This document shows positions 48,690 to 58,212 of a DNA stretch of 64,000 nt, piece by piece. The first letter of the stretch is position 1; every line of letters begins with the position of its first letter. Made by a program: the position numbers and the translations under genes. This stretch comes from an uncultured Verrucomicrobiae bacterium (GTDB taxonomy: Bacteria > Verrucomicrobiota > Verrucomicrobiia > Limisphaerales > UBA11358). The DNA is taken from the NCBI GenBank assembly GCA_963719075.1, contig CAVRAN010000001.1:128324-192323 (forward strand), written 5' to 3'. The notes below the pieces were generated by a model. It was not told the DNA's origin and ran no database searches. It worked only from the letters and a program-made list of their open reading frames with translations.

Positions 48690-48908
48690 TTAATTATTGA
48701 AAGGATATTGAAGCAACCAAGAGATTGGCTTGAGACACGTCTTACAAGCGGGAAATATATTACCTTCTATAAATTCCACGCAATTGGCGTGTTCGCAGCC
48801 GGTTGACAAGTAAAGTCCAGTCACCTCACACTTCTTGTTCGTTACCCCTATAATGCTAGGCTTTTTATGATTTATGGTTAAACGTAACAGATTCACAATT
48901 TTGTTCAA
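48690..48908 (-). CDS. small Cys-rich hypothetical protein (weak call)
   Basis: 72-aa ORF in an AT-rich 330-bp spacer. Its cysteines are KKCEVTG..GCEHANC..ACKTC. I recognised no family. Confidence 0.3.
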   Translation of the reverse strand: MNKIVNLLRLTINHKKPSIIGVTNKKCEVTGLYLSTGCEHANCVEFIEGNIFPACKTCLKPISWLLQYPFNN

Positions 48909-48938
48909 GCTCCAAACGCGATCTGAATCTTTTACGAT

Positions 48939-50273
48939 TTACAGACCAAGTTTTTTGAACCGGTTCCGCACTTCCTTGAAATGGAATTCGAGCGAACAGA
49001 GTTTTTCCAGTTCGCCCGGCTTGAAATGCTTCGCCACATCGGGGTCAGATTTCAGGACTTCGAGAAAATTAGCGTCATCGCGACCGGCGTGTTTGGTTTC
49101 CCACGTTTTCATTGCGTTGCGCTGAACGAGGTTGTAAGCCTCTTCGCGCGTCAGGCCTTTTTTGATCAACGCGAGCAGGACAGTCTGCGAATTCCACATG
49201 CCCAGCGAGAGGCCGAGATTTTTTTCCATGTTCGCCGGATAAACGACAAGGCCGTCCATCAGACGCGTAAGCAGGCCGAACATATAGTCGAGCAGCGTGC
49301 AGGAATCGGGGAAAATAATTCGCTCAACCGAACTGTGGCTGATGTCTCGCTCATGCCAGAGGGCGACATTTTCCAGCGCGGCGACGGCATTGCCGCGCAA
49401 CACACGCGCGAGACCGGCAAGTCGTTCCCAGGTAATTGGATTGCGCTTGTGCGGCATGGCGCTCGAACCTTTCTGCCCTTTGACAAATGGCTCTTCGGCT
49501 TCAAGAACTTCGGTGCGCTGCAGATGACGGAATTCAACCGCCCAACGCTCAATGCTCGCGCCGACGAGGGCGAGCATGGTTTGGAATTCCGCGTGAATGT
49601 CGCGTTGCACGACCTGCGTGGCGATCGGCGCGGGCTTTAATCCAAGTTGTTTGCAGACGAACGCTTCGACACTCGGCGAGAGATGCGCGTTTGTGCCCAC
49701 CGCACCACTTAATTTACCGATGGCGACAACGTCGCGGGCGCGTTCGAGCCGTTCGAGTGCGCGGCGAAATTCGTCATGCATGAGCGCGAGTTTCAAACCA
49801 AACGTCGTCGGCTCGGCATGAATGCCGTGGCTGCGCCCGATGCAGGGTGTAAATTTGTATTCCTTCGCGCGGCGGGCGATGACGGGCAGCAACTTCTCCA
49901 CATCGGCAATCAAAATATCTGCGCTCTGCGTCATTTGCACGGCGAATGCGGTGTCGCCGATGTCGCTGCTCGTCAGACCGAAATGCAGCCAGCGGCTGGC
50001 GCGGTCATTTATTTTTTCAGCAACGGCCGTTGTGAATCCGATGACGTCGTGATTCAACGTCTTCTCCAGTTCCTTTGCGCGTTCGGTCAGGGCTTTCGTG
50101 TCGGCAAAACATTTTTCCGCGCCGGCTTTCATCTTGGCAAAGTCTGCTCGCGGCACGATGCCTTGCTTGACGAGCGCTTCGCTGGCAAGCAGTTCGATTT
50201 GCAGCCAGATGCGGAGCTTGTTTTCGTCCGTCCAGATGGCCCGCATTTCCGGGCGGGAATAGCGCGTAATCAT
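48939..50273 (-). CDS. purB: adenylosuccinate lyase
   Basis: MITRYSRPEMRAIWTDENKLRIWLQIELLASEAL.. and the fumarate-lyase signature ..GSSAMPHKRNP... Confidence 0.9.
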   Translation of the reverse strand: MITRYSRPEMRAIWTDENKLRIWLQIELLASEALVKQGIVPRADFAKMKAGAEKCFADTKALTERAKELEKTLNHDVIGFTTAVAEKINDRASRWLHFGLTSSDIGDTAFAVQMTQSADILIADVEKLLPVIARRAKEYKFTPCIGRSHGIHAEPTTFGLKLALMHDEFRRALERLERARDVVAIGKLSGAVGTNAHLSPSVEAFVCKQLGLKPAPIATQVVQRDIHAEFQTMLALVGASIERWAVEFRHLQRTEVLEAEEPFVKGQKGSSAMPHKRNPITWERLAGLARVLRGNAVAALENVALWHERDISHSSVERIIFPDSCTLLDYMFGLLTRLMDGLVVYPANMEKNLGLSLGMWNSQTVLLALIKKGLTREEAYNLVQRNAMKTWETKHAGRDDANFLEVLKSDPDVAKHFKPGELEKLCSLEFHFKEVRNRFKKLGL

Positions 50274-50364
50274 GGCGTGAAGATAATGGAATCGTTACGT
50301 CGTTGAAACGATAAATCGTCGTCTGGGAAAATGGGGCGGCGTTTGCCGATGCGCAATTCGCGAT

Positions 50365-51258
50365 TCAGCGCTGGTCCATCTTCGCGCGGGCTTTTTCCAA
50401 AACCTGTCGTTCGCTTGCGGTCAGGCTTTGGATGCCATGCGCGGAAATTTTCTCGAGAATCGGGTCAACTTCATTTTTCAAAAATTCGTCGGTGGAAGAA
50501 TTATCATCGGGTTTGCCCGCGGCAGAGCGCCAAAATACACTCTTGTTTTTACTCGCTCCGGCGGCGACGAATTCGCGCGGCGCGGCGCGGCGCTCTGGAA
50601 ATTTCCATTGCGGCAGGTGCCAGCGGCCTTGAACGATTTGGCGCACGTAAAAAAATCCCGTCAAAATGCCGCCGAGATGCGCAGCGTTGGCAACGCCGCT
50701 CCCGGGCGTCAACATGCCGAGCAAAGCGATCGCGATGCTGACCCACAGCAAAGTTTTTCCCTGCATCGCGACGGGAATGAAATAAATCAGCAGCGTGAAT
50801 CGCTCTTCCCAATTCATCACGGCAAAAGCCGCAACCAGACCATAAGCGCCCGCCGAGGCGCCAACCACCGACTCGTCGAAGGATGGAAATAAAAGCGCAA
50901 ACAGCATTTGCACGAGGCCGCCAATGACGCCGCTGGAAAGATACAAGGTCAAAAAGTGCGCGCGGCCCAAAGCCATTTCAACCGGACGGCCAAAGAAAAA
51001 AATCGCCAGCGAATTGAAAATAATATGCAGCCAGTTGGCATGCATAAATTGAAAGGTCAGCAGTTGCCAGACGTAGCCGTGTTTCAAACCGGTAAGACTT
51101 AAGGCGAAGTATTGGTCTTCAATGTTTGGTCCGTTTGCCGTGTGTAACGCCAAAAGCTGAATCAAAAATACACTCGCGTTGACAATCAGCAGCGCGACAG
51201 TGAACGACCTGCGCGGCTCGTAAGCCGGCTGGCGCATATAATCACGATCTTCAAGCAT
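50365..51258 (-). CDS. rhomboid family intramembrane serine protease
   Basis: ..WLHIIFNSLAIFFFG.., the catalytic Ser in VGASAGAYGL, and the His in AAHLGGILTG. There is a soluble C-terminal tail. Confidence 0.8.
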   Translation of the reverse strand: MLEDRDYMRQPAYEPRRSFTVALLIVNASVFLIQLLALHTANGPNIEDQYFALSLTGLKHGYVWQLLTFQFMHANWLHIIFNSLAIFFFGRPVEMALGRAHFLTLYLSSGVIGGLVQMLFALLFPSFDESVVGASAGAYGLVAAFAVMNWEERFTLLIYFIPVAMQGKTLLWVSIAIALLGMLTPGSGVANAAHLGGILTGFFYVRQIVQGRWHLPQWKFPERRAAPREFVAAGASKNKSVFWRSAAGKPDDNSSTDEFLKNEVDPILEKISAHGIQSLTASERQVLEKARAKMDQR

Positions 51259-51291
51259 GGCAGATTAAAATTAAACGTGGACGGCGAATTT

Positions 51292-51984
51292 TCAACCACT
51301 GTTATTTGCATCGCCGATCCGGCCATCCACCAGTTCAATGATCTTCGGCGCGGAGGCGGCAATTTTGGCGTCGTGGGTGGCGATAACAAGTGTCATCCGC
51401 TTTTCGACACGCAGATTATTGAGAAGTTCAATAATTTCGCCACCGGTGTGCGAGTCGAGATTGCCGGTCGGTTCGTCGGCCAGCAGCAATTCCGGCTCGT
51501 TTATGAGCGCGCGGGCGATGGCGACGCGCTGTTGTTCGCCGCCGGAAAGCTCGGACGGTTTGTGATCAAAGCGATTTTCCAGACCTACGCGTTCGAGTAG
51601 TTCACGTCCGTGCGCTCCCGCTTGGGTCGCGGGCACGCGGGCGATGCGCGCAGGCAGGCAGACATTTTCGAGCGCGGTGAGTTCCGGCAGCAGATGATAC
51701 GATTGAAAAACAAAGCCGACCCGGAGGTTGCGGAAATGCGTCAACTCGCCTTGGGAAAATGTCGCGAGGTTTTTCCCGTCAAAATAAATCTCGCCCGCAT
51801 TCGGCGAGTCGAGGCCGCCAATCAAGTGGAGCAGGGTGCTTTTGCCGGCACCGGACGCGCCGCGCAGCGCAAGGAATTCGCCGCACGCCACATCGAGGTT
51901 CACGCCGCGCAGGACTTCGAGCGTGCGTTTGCCCATCGCATAGGTTTTTGTGAGGGCGCGGGCGCGCAGCAACGGTTCACTCAT
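51292..51984 (-). CDS. lolD: lipoprotein-releasing / MacB-type ABC transporter ATP-binding protein
   Basis: Walker A GASGAGKSTLLH, signature LSGGEQQRVAIARAL, Walker B LLLADEPTGNLD. It overlaps the upstream permease gene. Confidence 0.8.
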   Translation of the reverse strand: MSEPLLRARALTKTYAMGKRTLEVLRGVNLDVACGEFLALRGASGAGKSTLLHLIGGLDSPNAGEIYFDGKNLATFSQGELTHFRNLRVGFVFQSYHLLPELTALENVCLPARIARVPATQAGAHGRELLERVGLENRFDHKPSELSGGEQQRVAIARALINEPELLLADEPTGNLDSHTGGEIIELLNNLRVEKRMTLVIATHDAKIAASAPKIIELVDGRIGDANNSG

Positions 51985-53257
51985 AGCGCAACGCCTCCAC
52001 GGGTTTTAACCGACCGGCGCGAACTGCGGGCAGTACGCCGCCGAGGATGCAGATGACAAATGAACTGACGCAGATCAGGGCAACGTCACTGCCAATGACC
52101 TGTGCCGGCAAATCACCGAAACCGTAAATCGCGGCCGGAAACAGTTCGAAGCCGGTCAGCCGGTTCATGAAGTGGAGAAATTCATTGCGATAGGCGAGCG
52201 CGAGGATGCCGAGGCCGTAACCGGCCAGCACCCCGAGCACGCCGATGATGGCGCTCTGGCCCAGAAACACGCTGGAGATTTGGAAGTTGGTCGCGCCAAG
52301 CGCCTTGAGCATGCCGATTTCACGCGTCTTCTGGACGACGAACGTGATTTGCGCACTCAAGATGCACAGCGCGGCGACAATCACGATGAAAAACAGCAGA
52401 TAAAACATGACGTTTTTTTCCACGAGAATCGCGCCGAGCAGCGCCGAGTTTTCCTCCGTCCAGGTCGTAATGCGGTAATTTCCGCCGAGCGTGCGCTGCA
52501 ATTCGCCGCGAACTTTGGCCGCCTGATACGGATCGTTGAGCATGACCATCAAGCCGTGGACACTGTCGCCGAGATTGTAGAGTTCCTGTGCGTTTTCGAG
52601 CGACGTGACGACGACATTCGCGTCGTAATCGAAATATCCCACGTCAAAAATTCCGGTCACAGTGTAATCGTCGGGCAAAACCGCTTCCTCGTCCGATTTG
52701 CCTTGGTGCTCTTTCATTCTTTTCAAATCGGCGGGCGAATAAATCGAAACGCGGTCGCCGACGGTCAGATTCATGTTTTCCGCGAAATCTTTGCCGATGA
52801 CTAATCCGTGTCCGGTCAAATCGAACGAGCCGTTCTTGATGCTTTCGGGCAGAACGCTCACATCAGCTTCGTGGGCCGGGTCAACACCGCGCAGCCACGG
52901 CGCGCCGACCAGCGATTGTTCCATATTTGTGTCCGCCGGCTGGGTTTCCAGGAGCACTTGCCCGAGCACAAACGGCGCAACGCCGCGGACATTTTTGTTC
53001 GCCGCGACCATATCCATCATGTGCTCGTAATTTTCCATCGTCGTGCCGTTCTCGAAAATTTTCAGATGTGCGTTGAAGCCGAGAATTTTATCGCGCAAAT
53101 CATGGCCAAACCCGCTCATGACGCTGATGACGATGATGAGCACGGCCACGCCCAATGCGACGCCAAGGATGGAAATAAGGGTGATGATGGAGACGAACGT
53201 CCGTTTGGGCCGCAAGTAGCGCAGCGCGAGGAGCAGTTCAAACGGCAACCGAGACAT
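51977..53257 (-). CDS. LolC/LolE-type (FtsX/MacB-fold) ABC transporter permease
   Basis: 426 aa. MSRLPFELLLALRYLRPKRTFVSIITLISILGVALGVAVLI.. is followed by a large periplasmic domain and 3 C-terminal TM segments ending ..AVRAGRLKPVEALRYE. Confidence 0.85.
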   Translation of the reverse strand: MSRLPFELLLALRYLRPKRTFVSIITLISILGVALGVAVLIIVISVMSGFGHDLRDKILGFNAHLKIFENGTTMENYEHMMDMVAANKNVRGVAPFVLGQVLLETQPADTNMEQSLVGAPWLRGVDPAHEADVSVLPESIKNGSFDLTGHGLVIGKDFAENMNLTVGDRVSIYSPADLKRMKEHQGKSDEEAVLPDDYTVTGIFDVGYFDYDANVVVTSLENAQELYNLGDSVHGLMVMLNDPYQAAKVRGELQRTLGGNYRITTWTEENSALLGAILVEKNVMFYLLFFIVIVAALCILSAQITFVVQKTREIGMLKALGATNFQISSVFLGQSAIIGVLGVLAGYGLGILALAYRNEFLHFMNRLTGFELFPAAIYGFGDLPAQVIGSDVALICVSSFVICILGGVLPAVRAGRLKPVEALRYE

Positions 53258-53408
53258 CGGTAAAGGCTAGAGACGCGGGACGCAGGTGTCAATTTTCAGC
53301 TCAAGTGTGAAAAATTTATGAGAAGTGGATGATATCCCCGCACATCTGTTATTTAGAAAATCCATCGAGCGAAAGGCGTGCAGAGAGGGAGAATTGGTTT
53401 GCGGGACG

Positions 53409-55022
53409 TTACAGCGGCTTGTGATGGATGTTCTGGTGCGCGGCGGCGATGAAACTTTTGAACAGCGGATGCGGCTGGTGCGGTTTGCTTTGGAATTCAG
53501 GATGAAACTGGCTCGCGACAAAAAACGGGTGGTCTTTGAGTTCGATGACCTCGACGAGCTTGCCGTCAGGCGAAAGGCCGCTGAAAATAAATCCGGCCTT
53601 CTCGAATTTTTCGCGGTAGGCGTTGTTGAATTCGTAGCGGTGGCGGTGGCGCTCGTTGATGACGAACGAGCCGTAGAGTTCTGCGGCTTGCGAACCTATC
53701 GTGAGTTGACACGCCTGCGCGCCGAGCCGCATCGTGCCGCCTTTTTTCGTGACGCGCGTTTGTTCGTCGAGCATCGCGATGACGGGATTGGGCGTGTGCA
53801 GATCGAATTCGGTCGAGTGCGCCTTGGGCATCTTCAAAACGTTGCGCGCGAATTCAATCGTCGCGATCTGCATTCCGAGGCAAAGTCCGAGGTAAGGGAT
53901 TTTATTTTCGCGCGCGTATTGCGCGGCGAGAATTTTTCCTTCCACGCCGCGTTCGCCGAATCCGCCGGGCACCAAAATTCCACCGAGGCCGCGCAACATT
54001 TTTTCCGCGCCGTCTTTTTCGATCTCCTCGGCGTCCACCTGCACGATTTCCACGCCGCAATCGTTGCCGATGCCGCCATGGATGATCGCCTCGTAGACGG
54101 ATTTATATGCGTCCTGCAAGCCGATGTATTTTCCCACGACGCCGACGCGCACGCGATGTTGCGGCGCGATGAGTTTGCGGATGATCTCCTGCCAGTGCGC
54201 CATGTTCGCGACGGGCGTGTCGAGATGCAACAGGCGGCAGACCAGATCGTCCACGCGTTCGCGTTGGAGCATGAGCGGCACTTCGTAAATGGAATGGTCA
54301 ACGTCCTTTTCCTCGATGACGGCTTCGAGCGGCACGTTGCAGAACATGGAAATTTTTTGGCGCAATTCCTTGTCGAGCGGCTTCTCACAACGGCAAACGA
54401 GAACGTGTGGCATGATGCCGATTTCGCGCAGCTTGGCGACGGATTGCTGCGTCGGCTTCGTTTTCAATTCGCCCGCCGCCCTAATGAACGGCACATAAGT
54501 GACGTGCAAAAAAATCGCGTTGTTGTAGCCGACTTCCAGCGCGAATTCGCGGATGGCTTCGAGAAACGGCAGGCCTTCGATGTCGCCGGTCGTGCCACCG
54601 ATTTCCGTGATGATGACGTCGGCCTTGGATTTTTCCGCGAGCGCGTGGATGCGATTTTTTATTTCGTCCGTGACGTGCGGGATGACCTGGACCGTCTTGC
54701 CGAGGTATTTTCCCTCGCGCTCGTTGTTGAGCACGGTCTGATAGACCTGGCCGCTCGTGAGATTATTGAGGCGCGTGAGCTTGACGTTCGTGAAGCGCTC
54801 GTAATGGCCGAGGTCGAGGTCGGTCTCCGCGCCGTCATCGAGCACATAAACTTCGCCGTGCTGATACGGCGACATCGTGCCGGGATCTACGTTGAGATAC
54901 GGGTCAAACTTTTGCAGCGTGACTTTGAGGCCACGATTTTCGAGCAGCGTGCCGAGCGCGGCGGCGGTCAGGCCCTTGCCCAACGAACTCACCACGCCGC
55001 CGGTTACGAAAATATATTTCAT
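53409..55022 (-). CDS. pyrG: CTP synthase
   Basis: The track ORF begins at GTG 55043. The canonical N-terminus [17 protein letters not shown] begins at ATG 55022. The glutaminase part has ..GLCLGMQ.. and ..FHPEF... Confidence 0.9.
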   Translation of the reverse strand: MKYIFVTGGVVSSLGKGLTAAALGTLLENRGLKVTLQKFDPYLNVDPGTMSPYQHGEVYVLDDGAETDLDLGHYERFTNVKLTRLNNLTSGQVYQTVLNNEREGKYLGKTVQVIPHVTDEIKNRIHALAEKSKADVIITEIGGTTGDIEGLPFLEAIREFALEVGYNNAIFLHVTYVPFIRAAGELKTKPTQQSVAKLREIGIMPHVLVCRCEKPLDKELRQKISMFCNVPLEAVIEEKDVDHSIYEVPLMLQRERVDDLVCRLLHLDTPVANMAHWQEIIRKLIAPQHRVRVGVVGKYIGLQDAYKSVYEAIIHGGIGNDCGVEIVQVDAEEIEKDGAEKMLRGLGGILVPGGFGERGVEGKILAAQYARENKIPYLGLCLGMQIATIEFARNVLKMPKAHSTEFDLHTPNPVIAMLDEQTRVTKKGGTMRLGAQACQLTIGSQAAELYGSFVINERHRHRYEFNNAYREKFEKAGFIFSGLSPDGKLVEVIELKDHPFFVASQFHPEFQSKPHQPHPLFKSFIAAAHQNIHHKPL

Positions 55023-55038
55023 TTCTAAATTATTTCGA

Positions 55039-55060
55039 GCCACAGATTAAGCACGGATGC
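55039..55060. repeat. dispersed leader motif, left boundary of the R-M insert
   Basis: GCCACAGATTAAGCACGGATGC lies 17 nt upstream of the pyrG ATG. It is related to 36654-36678, and in inverted orientation to 57105-57135. Confidence 0.55.
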
Positions 55061-55197
55061 AAATTAAGGCAATAAAACGAACGCGGAAGAATTTTTCAAT
55101 GTGTGAGACTGATTTTTTAGGAGATTTCATTTTTGCATGAAAAATGCTCCTTATAGACCGTGGTGTTTTAGGCTTCAAATTTCATATTATACGTCTA

Positions 55198-55443
55198 GTG
55201 AAAGATAAACTTTTACTTTCTGTCGGGCGAAAAATCCGTTCTCACCGTGAAGGTAAAGGACTTTCTCAAGACGAAATGGCTCATCTTGCCGGACTGGATC
55301 GGGCTTATTATGGTGGAATCGAGCGCGGTGAGCGGAATGTATCCACCTTGAATCTCATTAAAATCGCAGCCGCACTGGAAATGGAAATCGGGGAACTTTT
55401 TCCGAAAATCAAAGAAATCAAAAAGGAAATTCATGGACGGTGA
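55198..55443 (+). CDS. XRE-family HTH controller (C) protein of the R-M cassette
   Basis: ..LLLSVGRKIRSHREGKGLSQDEMAHLAGLDRAYYGGIERGERNVSTLNLIKIAAALEMEIGELF.. is the classic C-protein HTH. The start is either GTG 55198 (81 aa) or ATG 55144 (99 aa). The 3' end overlaps the next ORF by 11 nt. Confidence 0.7.
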   Translation: MKDKLLLSVGRKIRSHREGKGLSQDEMAHLAGLDRAYYGGIERGERNVSTLNLIKIAAALEMEIGELFPKIKEIKKEIHGR

Positions 55444-55990
55444 CACACTTCGAGATGGAATTTTTTCCTTGTTCACCCGTCGCTTTGGCACGGTTGCCGA
55501 GTTCATGGTCAAGCGGATGGAAAAATGCGGCAAAGCACAAAACCAATTTCATGATCTTTATGATGACATCAAACGTCACCGAATTGAGGTTAAATTTTCA
55601 GTGGTTCGGAAAAAAGCAGAAACGCCCATAAACGAAGACACAGTTTTGCAGTGCATTGAAGAAGCGACGAGTGCAAAGAGAAACGTTTTGTTTTCCGAGT
55701 GGAAGCAAAATGATTTTGATTGCAATATGCAACAAATCAAGCGGGTGGAGTTCGACGTTTTATATTACGGTTTATTCTTCTCGGATTGCGTCAAAATTTT
55801 TCGGATAAAAAGTAAGGAAATTAAAGAGAGCGTTTTCGGTGGTAAAATTCACTATTCAGACAAGCAACATAAAGGAAACAAAGGCGAGGGCCAGTTTCAT
55901 ATCAATCAAGATACTTTTCAATTCCACTTGGATAACTATCTCTATCAGACCCTCACCTATGACGAGCTTTGCAAATTGTTAAGCCCCTAG
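55433..55990 (+). CDS. putative type II restriction endonuclease (PD-(D/E)xK candidate)
   Basis: 185 aa, coupled to the C gene and convergent with and overlapping the methyltransferase. ..HDLYDDIKRHRIEVKFS.. could be the D...ExK core. I recognised no specific family. Confidence 0.5.
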   Translation: MDGDTLRDGIFSLFTRRFGTVAEFMVKRMEKCGKAQNQFHDLYDDIKRHRIEVKFSVVRKKAETPINEDTVLQCIEEATSAKRNVLFSEWKQNDFDCNMQQIKRVEFDVLYYGLFFSDCVKIFRIKSKEIKESVFGGKIHYSDKQHKGNKGEGQFHINQDTFQFHLDNYLYQTLTYDELCKLLSP

Positions 55991-57028
55991 ATTTAGCAAC
56001 ATTGTTGCTGGCTGCTTGCTTTGCCGAGAATTCTTTTTTTCATTATTGAATCCATTGACGGGTTGAATTTCCGCCATGATCTTTCGAAGCGTCATATCTT
56101 CGTGAAGTTCAATGTGGAATGGATTGCTATTTTGCCAGCCAGTTTTTCCAGTCTTTCTAAAATGTTCTAATCGGCGAATTACAATTTCGCAAAACACTGG
56201 GTCAATATCAGCTGTGAAACAGCGGCGATTTAGCATTTCACAAGATAAGAGGGTAGAACCGGAATGAGCGAAGAAATCAATTACCAAATCACCCTTATTT
56301 GAACTGGCGTTCACAATTCGTTCGCAAGATTTAAGAGGTTTCTGTGCATAGCAACCATTTACGTTTTCGTGCATCAGATAAAACACCTGCTGAATATCCA
56401 CCCAGACATTTCCTGCGCGAATATTTTCAGATTTGCTCCGTTCAAAGTTTTCAGTGACTTTCCCATTAATTTCTTTGTAATACCCTCTCAAAATTTTTGG
56501 AATGTCAGTGTATTCTGCCTCCACATTGAACACGGCATTTCCTCTCGTGTAGTAAAGCAATTCCTGGCGAACGGCCATCCAGTTTTTTTGCGTTCCATAA
56601 CCACGCTGATTCCGCATTGTGAGAAAAGACCGGGGTGAAAAATCTTTTTCCCTCATCATTATCATGAAATCCGGCAACGGCTGAAATCCATTTCGCTGGT
56701 CAGCACCAAGCCAAACATACAACGAGGCATTTTGATTGAGAGAATTTGATGTGTTGGCAATCCAGCCTTCACACCAAGAGATGAATTTATTGATTTCTCT
56801 TTGTTCAAAAGCCACAAGATTGTAAGGCGGATCATGAAGTGCCAGAACAGCTTTTTTACCTTCCATCAGTTCTTTTATTTCCTCAGAATTTGTGGCGTCA
56901 AAACAGCCAACGCGATGATTGCCCGCAGGGTTTTGCCAGAATTCACCTTTTTGCAGACGGCAGTATTTTAGAAGAGCCTTTCTTAACTCGTGATGTTCAT
57001 CAAGTCTCGGAATCGGAAAATTTTGCAT
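55979..57028 (-). CDS. DNA methyltransferase, N6-adenine/N4-cytosine beta class
   Basis: Motif IV is ALHDPPYNL near the N-terminus. Motif I is VIDFFAHSGSTLLSCEMLNRRCFTADIDP near the C-terminus. That order is typical of beta-class N6_N4 methyltransferases. Confidence 0.85.
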   Translation of the reverse strand: MQNFPIPRLDEHHELRKALLKYCRLQKGEFWQNPAGNHRVGCFDATNSEEIKELMEGKKAVLALHDPPYNLVAFEQREINKFISWCEGWIANTSNSLNQNASLYVWLGADQRNGFQPLPDFMIMMREKDFSPRSFLTMRNQRGYGTQKNWMAVRQELLYYTRGNAVFNVEAEYTDIPKILRGYYKEINGKVTENFERSKSENIRAGNVWVDIQQVFYLMHENVNGCYAQKPLKSCERIVNASSNKGDLVIDFFAHSGSTLLSCEMLNRRCFTADIDPVFCEIVIRRLEHFRKTGKTGWQNSNPFHIELHEDMTLRKIMAEIQPVNGFNNEKKNSRQSKQPATMLLNLGA

Positions 57029-57104
57029 TTTAATAATTTTGGTGGCAATCCTTCAAAATGCAATCACGAATGCAAAGCATGAAACTATTTTTTGCTCGCT
57101 CGAA

Positions 57105-57135
57105 ATCTGTGTTCAATCCGTGTTTCATCCATGGC
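57105..57135. repeat. dispersed motif, inverted copy at the right boundary of the R-M insert, overlapping the last kdsB codons
   Basis: ATCTGTGTTCAATCCGTGTTTCATCCATGGC. Its reverse complement matches about 18 of the first 24 positions of 55039-55062. It has three degenerate ATCYGTG-type units. Confidence 0.5.
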
Positions 57136-57865
57136 TAATAATTTTTTCCACTTTCGCCACATCTTCCGGCGCATCCACGCCGATGCTGTCATAATCCACT
57201 TGCACGACCGCGATGCCGATGCCATTTTCCAGCGCGCGCAACTGCTCCAGCTTCTCCGCGTTTTCCAGCGGCGACACCGGAAATCTCACCAATCGCAGCA
57301 GCGTTTCGCGCCGGTAGCCGTAAATGCCCAGGTGCTTCAAAAAAGGAAACGCCGCCAACTGCTCCGGCACCGGACGGCTGGCGGCCTCGCGCAAATACGG
57401 AATCGTGCGCCGCGAAAAATATAACGCGCGACCGGCGGCGTTGACAACGACTTTCACGACATTCGGATTGTCCAGCTCGGCCAGATTTTTGATCGGCGTC
57501 GCGGCGGTGGACATTTCATTTTGCGCCAGCGCGTCCGCCACCACGTCAATCACCGACGGCTCAATCAACGGTTCGTCGCCTTGAATATTTACAATCGCGT
57601 CGCAGGAAATTCTTTCGACAACTTCCGCAATCCGGTCCGAGCCGCTCGGATGTTCCAGGAGCGTCATCTCCACGCGGCAGAAATTTTGCGCCACTTCCCA
57701 GATGCGCGTGTCGTCTGTCGCGACAATTATTTCTGAAAGCGATTTTGCGCGCTGGCATTGCTCGACGACGTGCTGGATGAGCGGCTTGCCCGCGATGAGC
57801 GCGAGCGGCTTGCCGGGAAACCGCATTGAAGCGAACCGCGCGGGAATGATGCCAACGATTTTCAT
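57125..57865 (-). CDS. kdsB: 3-deoxy-manno-octulosonate cytidylyltransferase (CMP-KDO synthetase)
   Basis: MKIVGIIPARFASMRFPGKPLALIAGKPLIQHV.. and ..VNIQGDEPLI... Confidence 0.9.
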   Translation of the reverse strand: MKIVGIIPARFASMRFPGKPLALIAGKPLIQHVVEQCQRAKSLSEIIVATDDTRIWEVAQNFCRVEMTLLEHPSGSDRIAEVVERISCDAIVNIQGDEPLIEPSVIDVVADALAQNEMSTAATPIKNLAELDNPNVVKVVVNAAGRALYFSRRTIPYLREAASRPVPEQLAAFPFLKHLGIYGYRRETLLRLVRFPVSPLENAEKLEQLRALENGIGIAVVQVDYDSIGVDAPEDVAKVEKIISHG

Positions 57866-58212
57866 GCGAGCCGTTTTGTTGAAACTAGAAATTCCGAAAG
57901 TTGTTTTAACAGACGCCGGTGACGTTCAGCAGAAATTTCACCGATGTCTCCGATGACTTGCTGTTGGGTGTAAATCGCCAGAAAACCGACTCGAATCAGT
58001 GAATCCATTTTCAGCCCGCTTTCCACAAAATCTTTATCCGTTCGCAAAATCAATTCATCCAAGCCGCGCACCTGTTGGCGCAATTGAGTGCTGACACCGC
58101 AAACCAGAAAATCGCCGAACGGCGGGATAATTTTCAAGATGATTGCCGGACGCGGTTTGTGTTGGCCGTCCGCCTGCGGCAGCGGGACGAGGATTACGTC
58201 CCCTTCTTTCAT
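57862..58212 (-). CDS. PemK/MazF-family toxin (mRNA interferase)
   Basis: I prefer the start at MKEGDVILVPLPQADGQHKPRPAIILK (58212), which forms an ATGA overlap with the antitoxin stop. The stop also forms an ATGA overlap with the kdsB start. Confidence 0.8.
   Translation of the reverse strand: MKEGDVILVPLPQADGQHKPRPAIILKIIPPFGDFLVCGVSTQLRQQVRGLDELILRTDKDFVESGLKMDSLIRVGFLAIYTQQQVIGDIGEISAERHRRLLKQLSEFLVSTKRLA

Larger units (their letters stand above)
55044..57104. mobile_element. AT-rich ~2.1-kb insert carrying a C-R-M restriction-modification cassette between kdsB and pyrG (no mobility gene seen)
   Basis: There is an abrupt visible drop in GC between two GC-richer minus-strand housekeeping genes. 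The contents are the controller, endonuclease and methyltransferase. It is flanked by imperfect inverted copies of the same ~25-nt motif. Confidence 0.4.

Noticed and set aside
53325-55028. Very long plus-strand ORF (567 aa) and similar long ORFs at 18998-19801, 20107-20751, 21944-22927, 24710-25441, 25812-26336, 44527-45003, 45942-46826 and 52172-52804
   Set aside because: All lie antisense to, or out of frame with, genes that have clear family motifs (pyrG, ispG, rseP, dxr, the response regulator, the kinase, E1beta, E2, the Lol permease). Their translations are Arg/Ala/His-rich low-complexity strings typical of shadow ORFs in GC-rich coding DNA.
57092-57424. 110-aa plus-strand ORF that starts right after the inverted leader motif (..CCATGGCTAATAA..)
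   Set aside because: It is entirely antisense to the well-supported kdsB gene and translates to an Arg/His/Gln-rich string. The motif copy is better explained as a boundary repeat than as a functional leader for this ORF.
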